From Octopus bimaculoides (Eukaryota), in contig NC_068985.1 in the NCBI RefSeq assembly GCF_001194135.2, positions 5,325,785 through 5,371,660 of the forward strand: 45,876 bases of DNA. The letters run 5' to 3'. This document shows positions 26,647-37,741 of the stretch, piece by piece. The notes beneath the pieces were generated by a model. That model was given only the letters and a program-made list of their open reading frames with translations. It searched no databases and had not been told where the DNA came from. Position numbers and translations under genes: made by a program. Each line of letters starts with the position of its first letter. The first letter of the stretch is position 1.

Positions 26647-27016
26647 TCCTGTCTTTCCCTCCGTACCTCACTTCTATTCTTTTGCTCTTCCTTTTTCTAA
26701 AGCTATTTCCTCCTCCTCTCGCGTTTCCTTCTTTCTCTCACTCTTCCTATAACTCTCTTCATATCTATTTCACCCAGCCCACTTTCTACTCTTCTTTCAC
26801 CTTACTTCTCCCGCTCTTTCCTCAACCTCACTTCCTTCCCTATACTCCCTCTTCCCTATTCTAATTACTCTCCTCCCTCATCACCAACCGCATCCTAAAT
26901 TCTGCAACCGTCATAAATTAAAAATTGAATTTGAAAACGGAAGCCAAACAAAAATATTCTTTCCAAATAACAGCAAAAGCATAAATAATTGTTAGAAAAT
27001 TACTATTTATAAATCT

Positions 27017-27349
27017 CACAACAGTACTTTGGAGTAAAGATTGTTTACTAACATAACATGGAACTCCTGGTTTAGGACAAATATTGCTGTAATTTAGCCC
27101 TAGGAGACATCGTCTCCAGCTGGCTATATGACACGATCTATGTTCTTATATTTATTTTCGAACAAGGTACAAACACAGACACAATGTGGGGGTGCTAGAT
27201 TCCCTTTTTCGAAAATATAAGGACACAGATCGTGTCCTATAGCCAGCTGGACACGATGTCTCCTGGGGCTAAATTACAGCAACATTCGTCCTAAACCAGG
27301 ACTGCCATGTTATGTTGCCAAACAATCTTTACTCCATAAATGATTGTGT
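27017..27349. repeat. ~330-bp palindromic element, MITE-like
   Basis: Arms 27017-27162 and 27208-27349 (tggagtaaagattgttt...aaacaatctttactcca; gacatcgtctccagctggctata / tatagccagctggacacgatgtc); 45-bp spacer. Confidence 0.92.
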
Positions 27350-27424
27350 TTAAAAGAAAACAGCAGCAAAAATGTTGAATAAACAACGAAGTAGCATTAT
27401 AATTGTAGGCACAAAAATTAGCTT

Positions 27425-27752
27425 AGTTGCCAACCACATGGTTCCTGGTTCAGTCCCACAGCCTGGCACCTTGGAGAAGTGTCGTCTACTATAGGCTCGG
27501 GCCGACCAAAGCTTTTGAGTGGATTAGGAAACTGAAAGAAGCCAGTCTTATATATATTATTCTTTTGTTTGTTTCAGTCAGTTGACTGAGGTCATGCTGG
27601 AGTACCGCCTTTTACTCGAGCAAATCGATCCCAAGACTTATTCTTTGTTAGCCTAGTACTTATTCTTTCGGTCTCTTTTCCGAACCGCTAGTTTACGGGG
27701 ACATACCAGCATCGGTTGTCAAACGGTGTTGAGGAGACAACACACACACACA

Positions 27753-27792
<40 letters not shown>

Positions 27793-28160
27793 TACGACAG
27801 GCTTCTTTCAGTTTGCGTCTACCAAATCCACTCACAAGGCTTTGGGTGGCCCGAGGCTATAGAAGAAGACAACTTGCCAAAGGTACCACACAGTGGGACT
27901 GAACCCGGAACCATGTGGCTGGTAATATATATATATATGCGTGTGTGATTTTATGTCTGTCATTGTCCCCAAACACCACCACCACTTAACAACCGGTGTT
28001 GGTTCTTTTTCGTCCTTCGTAACCTAGCGGTTCGGCAAAAGGGAATGATAGAATAAGTACCAGGGTTAAAAAAAAAGGAAATTATTACTGGAGTCGATTC
28101 ATTCGAGTAAAAAAAATTTCAAGGCAGTGCTCCAGCATGCCGCAGTCTCATGTCTGAAAG
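27425..28160. mobile_element. SINE family A (+) with an antiparallel family A copy (about 27560-27925, minus) inserted in its AT microsatellite
   Basis: Order is plus-strand 5' half, complete minus-strand copy, then plus-strand 3' half. Confidence 0.85.
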
Positions 28161-28726
28161 AAAAAAAAGGAGAAAATAAAATAAAGAACTTTCCTTGATG
28201 TCTCTTGATCTGCTAGATACAATAGCCAAATCTCCAGAAGTCACATTATCGTAGTACAAAACAAAAAGCAAAAAGGAAAAAAAAAAATCACTTTTTTGTC
28301 CAATGAATAGTAAAGGTAGCAGCAGTAGTAGTAGTAATAGAAGTAGTAGTAGTAATAGTAGTAGTAGTGGAAATTGTTGTGGTTATTTAATCTGAAGTTC
28401 ATCCACACACGAACAATAAATCGGCTGTGACATTCCAATTCATTATTTTCTAGGGAAGAAGGAGTATAGAGAGGGAAGTGAGGTTGGGGTAGAGAGGGAG
28501 AAGTAAGGTGAAGGAAGAGTAGAAAGAGGGAGGGGTGAAATAGATATGAAGAGAGTTATAGCGAGAGTGAGAGAAAGACAGAAACGCAAGAGGAGGAGTA
28601 GGAGTAGGAAGAGGAAATACAATAAGAGAAAAGGAGAGCAAACGGTTTGTGAAGAAAACGTCAACTCACAAACCGTTTGATAATGGAGTTTCTCACATCA
28701 TGTCACAAGAAAATAATGATTTAGAG

Positions 28727-29297
28727 CAGCGCTTCGTAAACTATGGGTCGCGACTTCATTTTGTTGTCGAGAAGCGAAATGCTGGGGTTGCGAAAATTGA
28801 ATTCAAACACTGGAATTTTAGTTTATGAGTTAGTCCACAAACTCAGTTTATATGTTGTTTCTGAAATGGCATTCCATGTTCTTTTGTCGTTTAGCCCCAC
28901 ATACCTATGGGAAACGGATTTCTCGGCTTTAACCCTAATTAAAACCAAATATTGTTCAACGCTGAAAAACGTAGAAAATGCTTTACGTTCAGCAGTGTCA
29001 AATATTACACCAAGGTTTAATTCGTTATGCAGCAAAAAACACAAGCGCATCCGCCATATTGGTTTTTTTTTTACTTTGGTTTATTTTTGCACTTGAAAGA
29101 AATCGGAAAACTCCTTTTATTTTGACAAATAATATAACTTCCTTTTTAAAATGTATATTGTTCAGCAAAAAATAAATAAATAAATAAATGATTCATGTAT
29201 TTATTTGTATGTTTTATTTCATACTTAATATGTGCGCTCGCGAAAAATCTTGTGATGAAAAACAGGGTCAAGAATGAAAAGAGTTTAAGAAGCGCTG
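28727..29297 (+). mobile_element. Internally deleted hAT (Buster/Charlie) transposon retaining the C-terminal dimerisation region
   Basis: TIRs cagcgcttcgtaaact / agtttaagaagcgctg; 8-bp TSD atttagag at 28719-28726 and 29298-29305. Encodes LLSFSPTYLWETDFSALTLIKTKY..L.NVENALRSAVSNITPRF..LC (hAT consensus TYLCExGFS). Confidence 0.93.
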
Positions 29298-29315
29298 ATT
29301 TAGAGTGTAACAACA

Positions 29316-29360
<45 letters not shown>

Positions 29361-29385
29361 TAGGTAAAATTCATTTATTTGGCCA

Positions 29386-29448
29386 GTGATCACAGAGCGA
29401 CGAGATGGACGTCTGTTATGGAGACGTGTATTAACGTGTTGCGTTCAG
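29386..29448 (+). other. Candidate upstream (5'UTR?) exon
   Basis: ttatttggccag acceptor and CAG|GTAAAA donor, followed by a 49-nt (AT)n-containing putative intron that ends ctttgcttttgcag. Confidence 0.35.
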
Positions 29449-29581
29449 GTAAAACAATATATATATATATATATATATATCCTCTTTGCTTTTGCAGGAA
29501 AACAAAGAAGCATTAGACAAAGTGTCATCTTTAAGTGGGATGTGATACAAAATAACAAAGTGTCATCGAGTGGCACAATTT

Positions 29582-29698
29582 ATGATTGAATCCATCCACA
29601 AAACAATACGACATCTGGTCAAAAGGTATCGGGAGCAGCAGCCGGAACACTCATCGTCGCAACCGACGGAGTACCAGTTTAGTAATATGAGCACATGT
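29582..29698 (+). CDS. Probable first coding segment of an unidentified gene (MIESIHKTIRHLVKRYREQQPEHSSSQPTEYQFSNMSTC)
   Basis: Exon 29498-29698 has a strong acceptor and a TGT|GTGAGT donor, and is GC-richer than background. It ends in phase 0, compatible with exon 31247. Confidence 0.5.
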
Positions 29699-29855
29699 GT
29701 GAGTGTCCAGGTATATACGTAAATGTATGTTTCTCTCTCTCTCTCTCTCTCTTTCTCACTCTCTCTCTCTCTCTTTCTCACTCTCTCTCTCTCTCTCTTT
29801 CTCACTCTCTCTCTCTTTTTCTCTCTCTCTCTCTCTCTCTCTTTCNNNNNNNNNN

Positions 29856-29943
<88 letters not shown>

Positions 29944-30145
29944 CGAATATTTGTGTGCGTATACATTATTTATCATGTATATATACATATATATATACAC
30001 GTGGACACAAAACACGCGCGCACACACACACACACACATTATATATGTATATCGATCTATATATATATATTTACACTCACACATATACTCTATAATCGTG
30101 TATACACATATACCCACACAGACATATCTATACACACACGCACAG

Positions 30146-30197
<52 letters not shown>

Positions 30198-31246
30198 TCT
30201 ATTCGTGTGTGTGCATGCACGTACTAGCATGTCTATTTTTACAAAATTAGCTAAACTTATATTCATTTAACCTTGACAAATAATGTTGGATTTAAGAAAC
30301 AATAAATATTTATATTTATAAATTACGTGAATTCAGTGAGATGTAGTTCACAGAATCAGAAAAGAAAAAAAAACAACGAGAAACAAAGAACAAATGGTAA
30401 ATAAATGCTTCCAATCTCTTTGATACACTTTCGTATGTGTCATCTGGATTTCAATTAATTTGTTAAATGCATTCTCTCACTCACTCTCCCTCTCTCCCTC
30501 TCTCCCTCTCTCCCNNNNNNNNNNNNNNNNNNNNNNNNNNNNNNNNNNNNNNNNNNNNNNNNNNNNNNNNNNNNNNNNNNNNNNNNNNNNNNNNNNNNNN
30601 NNNNNNNNNNNNNNNNNNNNNNNNNNNNNNNNNNNNNNNNNNNNNNNNNNNNNNNNNNNNNNNNNNNNNNNNNNNNNNNNNNNNNNNNNNNNNNNNNNNN
30701 NNNNNNNNNNNNNNNNNNNNNNNNNNNNNNNNNNNNNNNNNNNNNNNNNNNNNNNNNNNNNNNNNNNNNNNNNATATATGTGTGTGTATATATATATATA
30801 GATATACATACATAGATACACATATATATATACATATATTTATATAATTACACATATGCACATATATACATATGAAAATATATATGTATACATGTATATA
30901 TAGATATATATTTATATATACATACATACATACATACATATATATATATGTATATACATATATGTGTGTGTATATATATATTTATATGTACATGCATATA
31001 TATATATACATACATATATTCATATAATTACATATATGCACATATATATATATATATATATATGTACATACACACATGTACATATATATATATATATATG
31101 CATACATATATCTTTACACACAGACGCGTGCACACACAAACACACACACACACACACACACACACAGATATACATATATCAATATACACATGAAATAAAC
31201 TAGGCAGTGTAATTTTAGTTCATGTCAGCGAAAAATTTAATCACAG

Positions 31247-31524
31247 CGCAATACGACTGAAGGTGCAACCGATGTTACAGCATCAAAGCTTTCTAAATTC
31301 AAAAAGCCGCGAGAAAGAACCTCAAACATAGCAGAAAAAAAAGAGAGAGATGAAGCATTTATGAAGATAAATAACTGCGTTGTTTTACAAGACATTGCAA
31401 AAAGTAGAGTAAAGGACCAGAAAATTGAAACTATAGCAGAACGGATGTGTACTAATGTGCGAGGTCTTTTACAGATGTCAAATTACGAGAGGAGGGCCGA
31501 GTGCAAAGAAGCAGTGACACCAGA
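31247..31524 (+). CDS. Probable internal coding exon of an unidentified gene (RNTTEGATDV...EKKERDEAFMKINNCVVLQDIAKSRVKDQKIETIAERMCTNVRGLLQMSNYERRAECKEAVTP)
   Basis: 92 open codons bounded by tcacag and GA|GTAAGT. In-frame stops sit two codons before the acceptor and immediately after the donor, so the ORF matches the splice sites exactly. Missing from the ORF track. Confidence 0.65.
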
Positions 31525-31558
31525 GTAAGTGTATAAAGTTTACGACAAGGAATCTAGG

Positions 31559-31610
<52 letters not shown>

Positions 31611-31643
31611 CATGTATAAATATATATTGGTATTTGTCGATAT

Positions 31644-32010
31644 GTGCAGTGTCCAACCATTTCGGACCTGTGGGCTTATGCCGAACGACCGCTGTCGCGA
31701 GTGGGGCGAGTCCGCCTGTCGGCCGAGTCTGTCGTGATAATATCTCCGCCACCTTCCCTCAGCCGGGAAGGCAAGGCAGTCTTTCGTACTGGTGACCATG
31801 GTGAAAGTGTGTGTGTGGTGGACTCGAGCGAAAGGATTAGAGACAACCACTTACCTCTCTGGCCAATCGCTCATCAACTTTTTCAAGTACCACTTGAAAA
31901 GGAAGGTGAGAATGGAGAGGCAGGTTTTATCTCGTGAAAGTTTCAAAAAGAAGCTGGGTGAATGTAGCAAAGATGGTGCGTGCGAGTGACGAAACCACTT
32001 TGAGCATGAT
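31644..32010 (+). mobile_element. L1/Tx1-like LINE, ORF2 3' end fragment
   Basis: QCPTISDLWAY...VWWTRAKGL...LSGQSLINFFKYHLKRKVRMERQVLSRESFKK, with a frameshift; resembles Tx1-clade C-termini after the CCHC knuckle. Confidence 0.65.
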
Positions 32011-32212
32011 TTGACTTCAAATGTTAGAAAGCATCATCTCCAAACGAAGAATATAAATACTCAAAAACGATACATACAAGCAAACATCCATCCATCCATC
32101 CATCCATACATACATACATACATACACATAAACACACACACACACAAACACACAGACACAGACACAGACACAGACACAGATACGCACACATACACACACA
32201 CACACACGCACA

Positions 32213-32252
<40 letters not shown>

Positions 32253-32264
32253 AAGGAATACAAA

Positions 32265-32505
32265 AAAGGGGACAACAAAACATCCAGATAGACGATACAA
32301 AAAAAGAAGGACGGATCATTCGGGGTTTTCTTTCCTCAGTCGAGTTCCAGATTATCTTTGCAATTTCGGCCGGTTATTCTCGATATTGCTCCATTCTGGC
32401 CAGCCTCAAGGAAAGACTAAGCTAAGTGCACCAGATTCCTTGGAAGAAAGCAGCGAAAGAAAACGGAGAAATGGTACACAAAAACAAATACAACTAACAG
32501 GACAT
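32265..32505. repeat. Unclassified dispersed repeat, homologous to 42672-42965 (possibly Penelope-like)
   Basis: Shared ggacaa..aaacat...; tcagtc.agtt; tttcggcc; aagctaag.gca..a.att..ttggaagaaagc. Confidence 0.6.
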
Positions 32506-32529
32506 ACTCCCTTCCTTCACGTGAAACAC

Positions 32530-33147
32530 TTATGGCATCCAACAACATCAGAGATTTGGGAGTAATTGTGGACAACAACATAAGCTGGGCTGCTCAAATA
32601 AACAGCAAAGTTGATATGGCCCGCAGAATGTGTTCCTGGATTCTCAGAACCTTCCAGTCGAGAGATATCCGCACCATTATCCTTCTCTACTTTTGCCCGA
32701 CCTAACCTTGAATACTGTTGTCCACTATGGTCTCCCCACACGAAACAAAGTATCATGAAAGCTGAGGCACCTCAAAGGTCAATTACAAAAACAGATAGAT
32801 GGCATGACATACGTTGATTATTGCGGTCGACTAGAAAAGTTTCATTCACTCCAATGCCACCGTGAGCGCTACATTATCTGTATGATGTGTAAAATATTCC
32901 ATTAGCGTTGCCCAATGATGGGCATCACTTTTAAGAAACACCCAAGACTTAGAACCTTTGCTATCCTCGCACAATATAAATCATACTAGCATCTCATAAC
33001 AGCAATATGGCACAATGATTTCACCTCAATTGGCCCCGCTCTCTTTGACATTACAGCAAAACACATTAAAGCAGAAACAAACCCCGTAAAGTTCAAGACG
33101 TCTTTGGACAAATTCCTTCAAGAAATCCTGGATAAACTCCCTACACC
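32530..33147 (+). mobile_element. Degraded CR1/L2-group LINE, ORF2 3' fragment
   Basis: IRDLGVIVDNNISW...ARRMCSWILRTF...FARPNLEYCCPLWSPH...RERYII...SIGPALF...FKTSLDKFLQEILDKLPTP, with frameshifts. Confidence 0.9.
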
Positions 33148-33149
33148 TA

Positions 33150-33524
33150 TCGGGTCATCCCATAAGTTCTGTCCGATTTTACTTTTTTTAAAATTGAATG
33201 AAATTTAATAGTATTTTGGAATGTCTAATGGAATTAAAAATTATTTTAAGCATTTGTGTACATTTAAACTAATTAAATATAATTTTACAGAATAATAGAA
33301 TTAAAATTTCTTTGATTAAAACCCTTTCTAACATGGAAGTATCCAAAGAGCATTTGAGGTACATAATGCTTTATAAGTACAATAAAGGAAACTCTGCAGC
33401 CAAAGCGACTCAAAACATACACTCAGTTTATGGGAAAGAATGCTTGAATGAAAGAACTTGCAGAAGATGGTTTGCAAAATTCAGAAGTGGAGATTTCAGC
33501 CTTGATGATGAAGATTGAACAGGA
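33150..33524 (+). mobile_element. Mariner transposon 5' end (TIR plus N-terminal HTH), running into a gap
   Basis: TA followed by tcgggtcatcccataagttctgtccgatttt. ATG at 33333: MEVSKEHLRYIMLYKYNKGNSAAKATQNIHSVYGKECLNERTCRRWFAKFRSGDFSLDDED*; the premature TGA replaces the usual Arg. Confidence 0.93.
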
Positions 33525-34673
33525 NNNNNNNNNNNNNNNNNNNNNNNNNNNNNNNNNNNNNNNNNNNNNNNNNNNNNNNNNNNNNNNNNNNNNNNNNNNN
33601 NNNNNNNNNNNNNNNNNNNNNNNNNNNNNNNNNNNNNNNNNNNNNNNNNNNNNNNNNNNNNNNNNNNNNNNNNNNNNNNNNNNNNNNNNNNNNNNNNNNN
33701 NNNNNNNNNNNNNNNNNNNNNNNNNNNNNNNNNNNNNNNNNNNNNNNNNNNNNNNNNNNNNNNNNNNNNNNNNNNNNNNNNNNNNNNNNNNNNNNNNNNN
33801 NNNNNNNNNNNNNNNNNNNNNNNNNNNNNNNNNNNNNNNNNNNNNNNNNNNNNNNNNNNNNNNNNNNNNNNNNNNNNNNNNNNNNNNNNNNNNNNNNNNN
33901 NNNNNNNNNNNNNNNNNNNNNNNNNNNNNNNNNNNNNNNNNNNNNNNNNNNNNNNNNNNNNNNNNNNNNNNNNNNNNNNNNNNNNNNNNNNNNNNNNNNN
34001 NNNNNNNNNNNNNNNNNNNNNNNNNNNNNNNNNNNNNNNNNNNNNNNNNNNNNNNNNNNNNNNNNNNNNNNNNNNNNNNNNNNNNNNNNNNNNNNNNNNN
34101 NNNNNNNNNNNNNNNNNNNNNNNNNNNNNNNNNNNNNNNNNNNNNNNNNNNNNNNNNNNNNNNNNNNNNNNNNNNNNNNNNNNNNNNNNNNNNNNNNNNN
34201 NNNNNNNNNNNNNNNNNNNNNNNNNNNNNNNNNNNNNNNNNNNNNNNNNNNNNNNNNNNNNNNNNNNNNNNNNNNNNNNNNNNNNNNNNNNNNNNNNNNN
34301 NNNNNNNNNNNNNNNNNNNNNNNNNNNNNNNNNNNNNNNNNNNNNNNNNNNNNNNNNNNNNNNNNNNNNNNNNNNNNNNNNNNNNNNNNNNNNNNNNNNN
34401 NNNNNNNNNNNNNNNNNNNNNNNNNNNNNNNNNNNNNNNNNNNNNNNNNNATATATGTATATATATCATAAAGATAAATGTATAAATAGGTGGATAAACA
34501 TGTAAAAAGTTGGACAGAGCGAGATAAATAATTTCATATGATCATACAAATGCGTAAACAATAATAGAATTTTAATAATAACATCTACATCTACCTATCT
34601 GTCTGTCTGCTGTAGGTCTGTCTGTCAGTCTGTCTATCAATCTATCTATCTATCTATCTATCTATCTATATAG

Positions 34674-34717
<44 letters not shown>

Positions 34718-34753
34718 TATCAGTCCATCTATCTATATGTAAATGTGTGTATG

Positions 34754-34813
<60 letters not shown>

Positions 34814-34814
<1 letters not shown>

Positions 34815-34967
34815 ACGACGGACTTCTTTCAGTTTCCGTCAACCAAATCCGCTCACAAAGCTTTGGTCGACCCGAGGCTATAGTAGAAGATACTTGCCCA
34901 AGGTGTCACAAAGTGACACTGAACCCGGAACCATATGGTTGGTAACCAAGCTACTTTCCATTCCTGC

Positions 34968-34968
<1 letters not shown>
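34814..34968 (-). mobile_element. SINE family A, 5' half
   Basis: cgacggacttctttcagtttccgtc...gaggctatagtagaagatacttgcccaagg...gaacccggaacc. Confidence 0.85.
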
Positions 34969-35033
<65 letters not shown>

Positions 35034-35179
35034 ATATGTACTTACATATATTCACATTTGTGTAGAAATGTATGTAGTTATGAGAGCATACACAAACACA
35101 TATACATAGTCATACATACGTACATACATATATTCAAAATACATACATAGATACATTCATACATACATACATGCATACA

Positions 35180-35211
<32 letters not shown>

Positions 35212-35617
35212 CGTTTACAAGCATCAACTGAAATTTTCTGAATGCTTCCTGTAGACAATGGACAATTTTCTGACATCCGCCTCTGGAATTACGATAAGAA
35301 TGAACGCTTCGGATTACATCTTGATATGTGCAAGACAATCTGTATTTATAGACCCCCCCCCACACACACACATACATGTATGCATATATAGATTTCTGTA
35401 TGTCTTTATTGTGTTCTGATATATAGAGAAACGCGATCCCATCCCATCTATCTTCGAGTTGCGTTGTTATTTACACTCACGAGACCAGCCTGATAATTGC
35501 TTATCAAATTAACATGTTATTGTCATATACTATTATTGTTCAACCTAATTAGCTCACTAGACATAATTGGTGATTAGTTTTGCGCGGAAATATAATTCCT
35601 AGTGTGTGCTTGCGTGT

Positions 35618-35664
<47 letters not shown>

Positions 35665-35722
35665 TGTGTGTGTGCGTGAGTGTGTGCGCGCGTCAGTGTG
35701 TACATGTGTACATGTGTACATA

Positions 35723-35904
35723 CCGGGTCTGATTGGTAAGTATCCGGACTGTTGCCATAGAAACAGCGGAAGTGCGCTAGAACGCTAAAGCTTAGTGTGC
35801 ATGCACGGTAGGAGTCTAAGGTCAATCTGTGCCAAGCGGATTCATTCTGCGCGCTTTAGCGTCGTTACTTTGGCATCAATCCGGATACTGTTGATCAGGC
35901 CACA
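35723..35904. mobile_element. Mariner-type MITE
   Basis: Imperfect TIRs ccgggtctgattggtaagtatccgga / tccggatactgttgatcaggccaca, with TA on both sides. Confidence 0.75.
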
Positions 35905-35940
35905 TACATACGTATCTTTAACTATATCTGTGTGTGTGTG

Positions 35941-35981
<41 letters not shown>

Positions 35982-35991
35982 NNNNNNNNNN

Positions 35992-36037
<46 letters not shown>

Positions 36038-36261
36038 TATTATCTTTTATTTCGGAGAGACGGCAATGCACATGACCCGTTATATTGACAACGAGACTAG
36101 GAATGGCATAGTGGGACTAATAAAGAAGTTATCCTCGATTTCTAAACCTGCAAGGCGAGACCTTAGGATAAAGTCAACTCCGATAATGTCTCCCAAAGGG
36201 TCAAGGATTTGTCATATACCCCAGTTATAATTTCTCGATTAAAGCGATCGAATGACTTATA

Positions 36262-36758
36262 CAAGCTGTCCCCAAATTAACTATCTATTTCAGTGACATC
36301 GGAAATGCTTTTCTTTAAAAACTCTTAAATCTATTTTAATGTGTATATATTTTAAATTTTGTTTATAATTACATATTTTGGATAATTTCTCTCATTATTT
36401 TATTTTCATTCCTGTTGGCTCCCTCTTATCTCTCCACGACAGCTTTTTTTAAAATTTTATTTGGCTGCAGTCATTTTCTCCCCAGGATTAAGTTAAAGAA
36501 AGCATTTAGTTAGGTGTGCAGGAGTTAACTCTTGAAATGCTTCAAAATGTGTCTCTCAACGCTAAGGATAGATTTGAAGTTTGCAGAGATACAGACGGAG
36601 GCCAAGTTGAAAATTCTCAATAAAGTTTTCACGTCAGATTTATAAATCTCTTTATTTTGATGTCCTAATTAATTAATAAACATAAAATTCTGTCATTTTT
36701 CCTTTTTTAATTTGCTACTTTTCCATTAAAAAAAGATAGTTAAATTTGGAACACCCTT
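36262..36758 (+). mobile_element. Non-autonomous Tc1-like element
   Basis: TIRs caagctgtccccaaattaactatct / agatagttaaatttggaacaccctt, TA flanks, internal remnant LQNVSLNAKDRFEVCRDTDGGQVE (Tc1-type C-terminus). Confidence 0.75.
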
Positions 36759-36761
36759 TAA

Positions 36762-37150
36762 GGCAGAAGTGTTAGCACGCCGGGTGAAATGCTTAGCGGT
36801 ATTTCGTCTACCGTTACGTTCTGAGTTCAAATTCCGCCGAGGTCGACTTTGCCTTTCATCCTTTCGGGGTCGATAAATTAAGTACCAGTTACGCACTGGG
36901 TCGATGTAATCGACTTAATCCGTTCGTCTGTTCTTGTTTGTTCTCTCTATGTTTAGCCCCTTGTGGGCAATAACGAAATAGATATTTCGTCTATCTTTAC
37001 GTTCTGAGTTCAAATTCAGCCGAGGTCGACTTTGCCTTTCATCCTTTTGGGGTCGATAAATTAGGTACCAGTTGCGTACTGGAATCGATCTAATCTCGAC
37101 TTCCCCCTACCCCAAAATTTCGGGCCTTGTACCTAGAGTAGAAAAGAATA
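36762..37150 (+). mobile_element. Two tandem SINE family B copies with different 3' ends
   Basis: First ends tttagccccttgtgggcaataacgaaat; second (from about 36983) ends caaaatttcgggccttgtacctagagtagaaaagaat. Confidence 0.9.
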
Positions 37151-37244
37151 TTGGGACACCTTATAATGGCAAGTTGATGGGTTGTAAGCAACCACCAGAG
37201 TTAAGCGATGAACGGTCCAAAGACACAGATCCACACACAAACAT

Positions 37245-37390
37245 CCAAAGGCTTCCGTACATTTTCCATTCACTATCTTCACTCAATAGGTAGTCAGGGG
37301 CTATCGTCGAAGGCACTTGCCGATGGTGCCGCGCTGTGGGACTGAACTCAAAAGAACGTGGTTCCAGAGTGAGCTTTTTAACCACAGACC
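37245..37390 (-). mobile_element. SINE family A, degraded 5' half
   Basis: ggcacttgcc.atggtgccgcgctgtgggactgaac...gtggttcc. Confidence 0.7.
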
Positions 37391-37548
37391 TAGCGATTTA
37401 ACAGAGGCCGAGGTAATTCCACAAGGAGAACTAGGCAGGAGATTGCAAATATCGAGCAAATTTGATAGATTGATAGACAGCTGCAATACTTGGGAAGAAA
37501 CATCTGTCTTTTTATCTGTCTGTCTGTCTCTCTTCCGTCTCTCTTCCG

Positions 37549-37598
<50 letters not shown>

Positions 37599-37710
37599 AA
37601 CCTCTCTCTAATCGTGTTTGCATATTTTTGTATATTATATATTTGTCTGAATATAAACTTATATATATGTATAGTAAGAGACAGATGGATATGTGAATAC
37701 ACCGATAAAT

Positions 37711-37741
<31 letters not shown>

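Larger units (their letters stand above)
26672..28645. repeat. Inverted pair of ~180-bp polypyrimidine/polypurine sequence (26672-26858 and 28451-28645)
   Basis: Non-periodic sequence such as ataactctcttcatatctatttcaccc recurs as its exact reverse complement; about 85% identical overall by eye. Confidence 0.85.
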
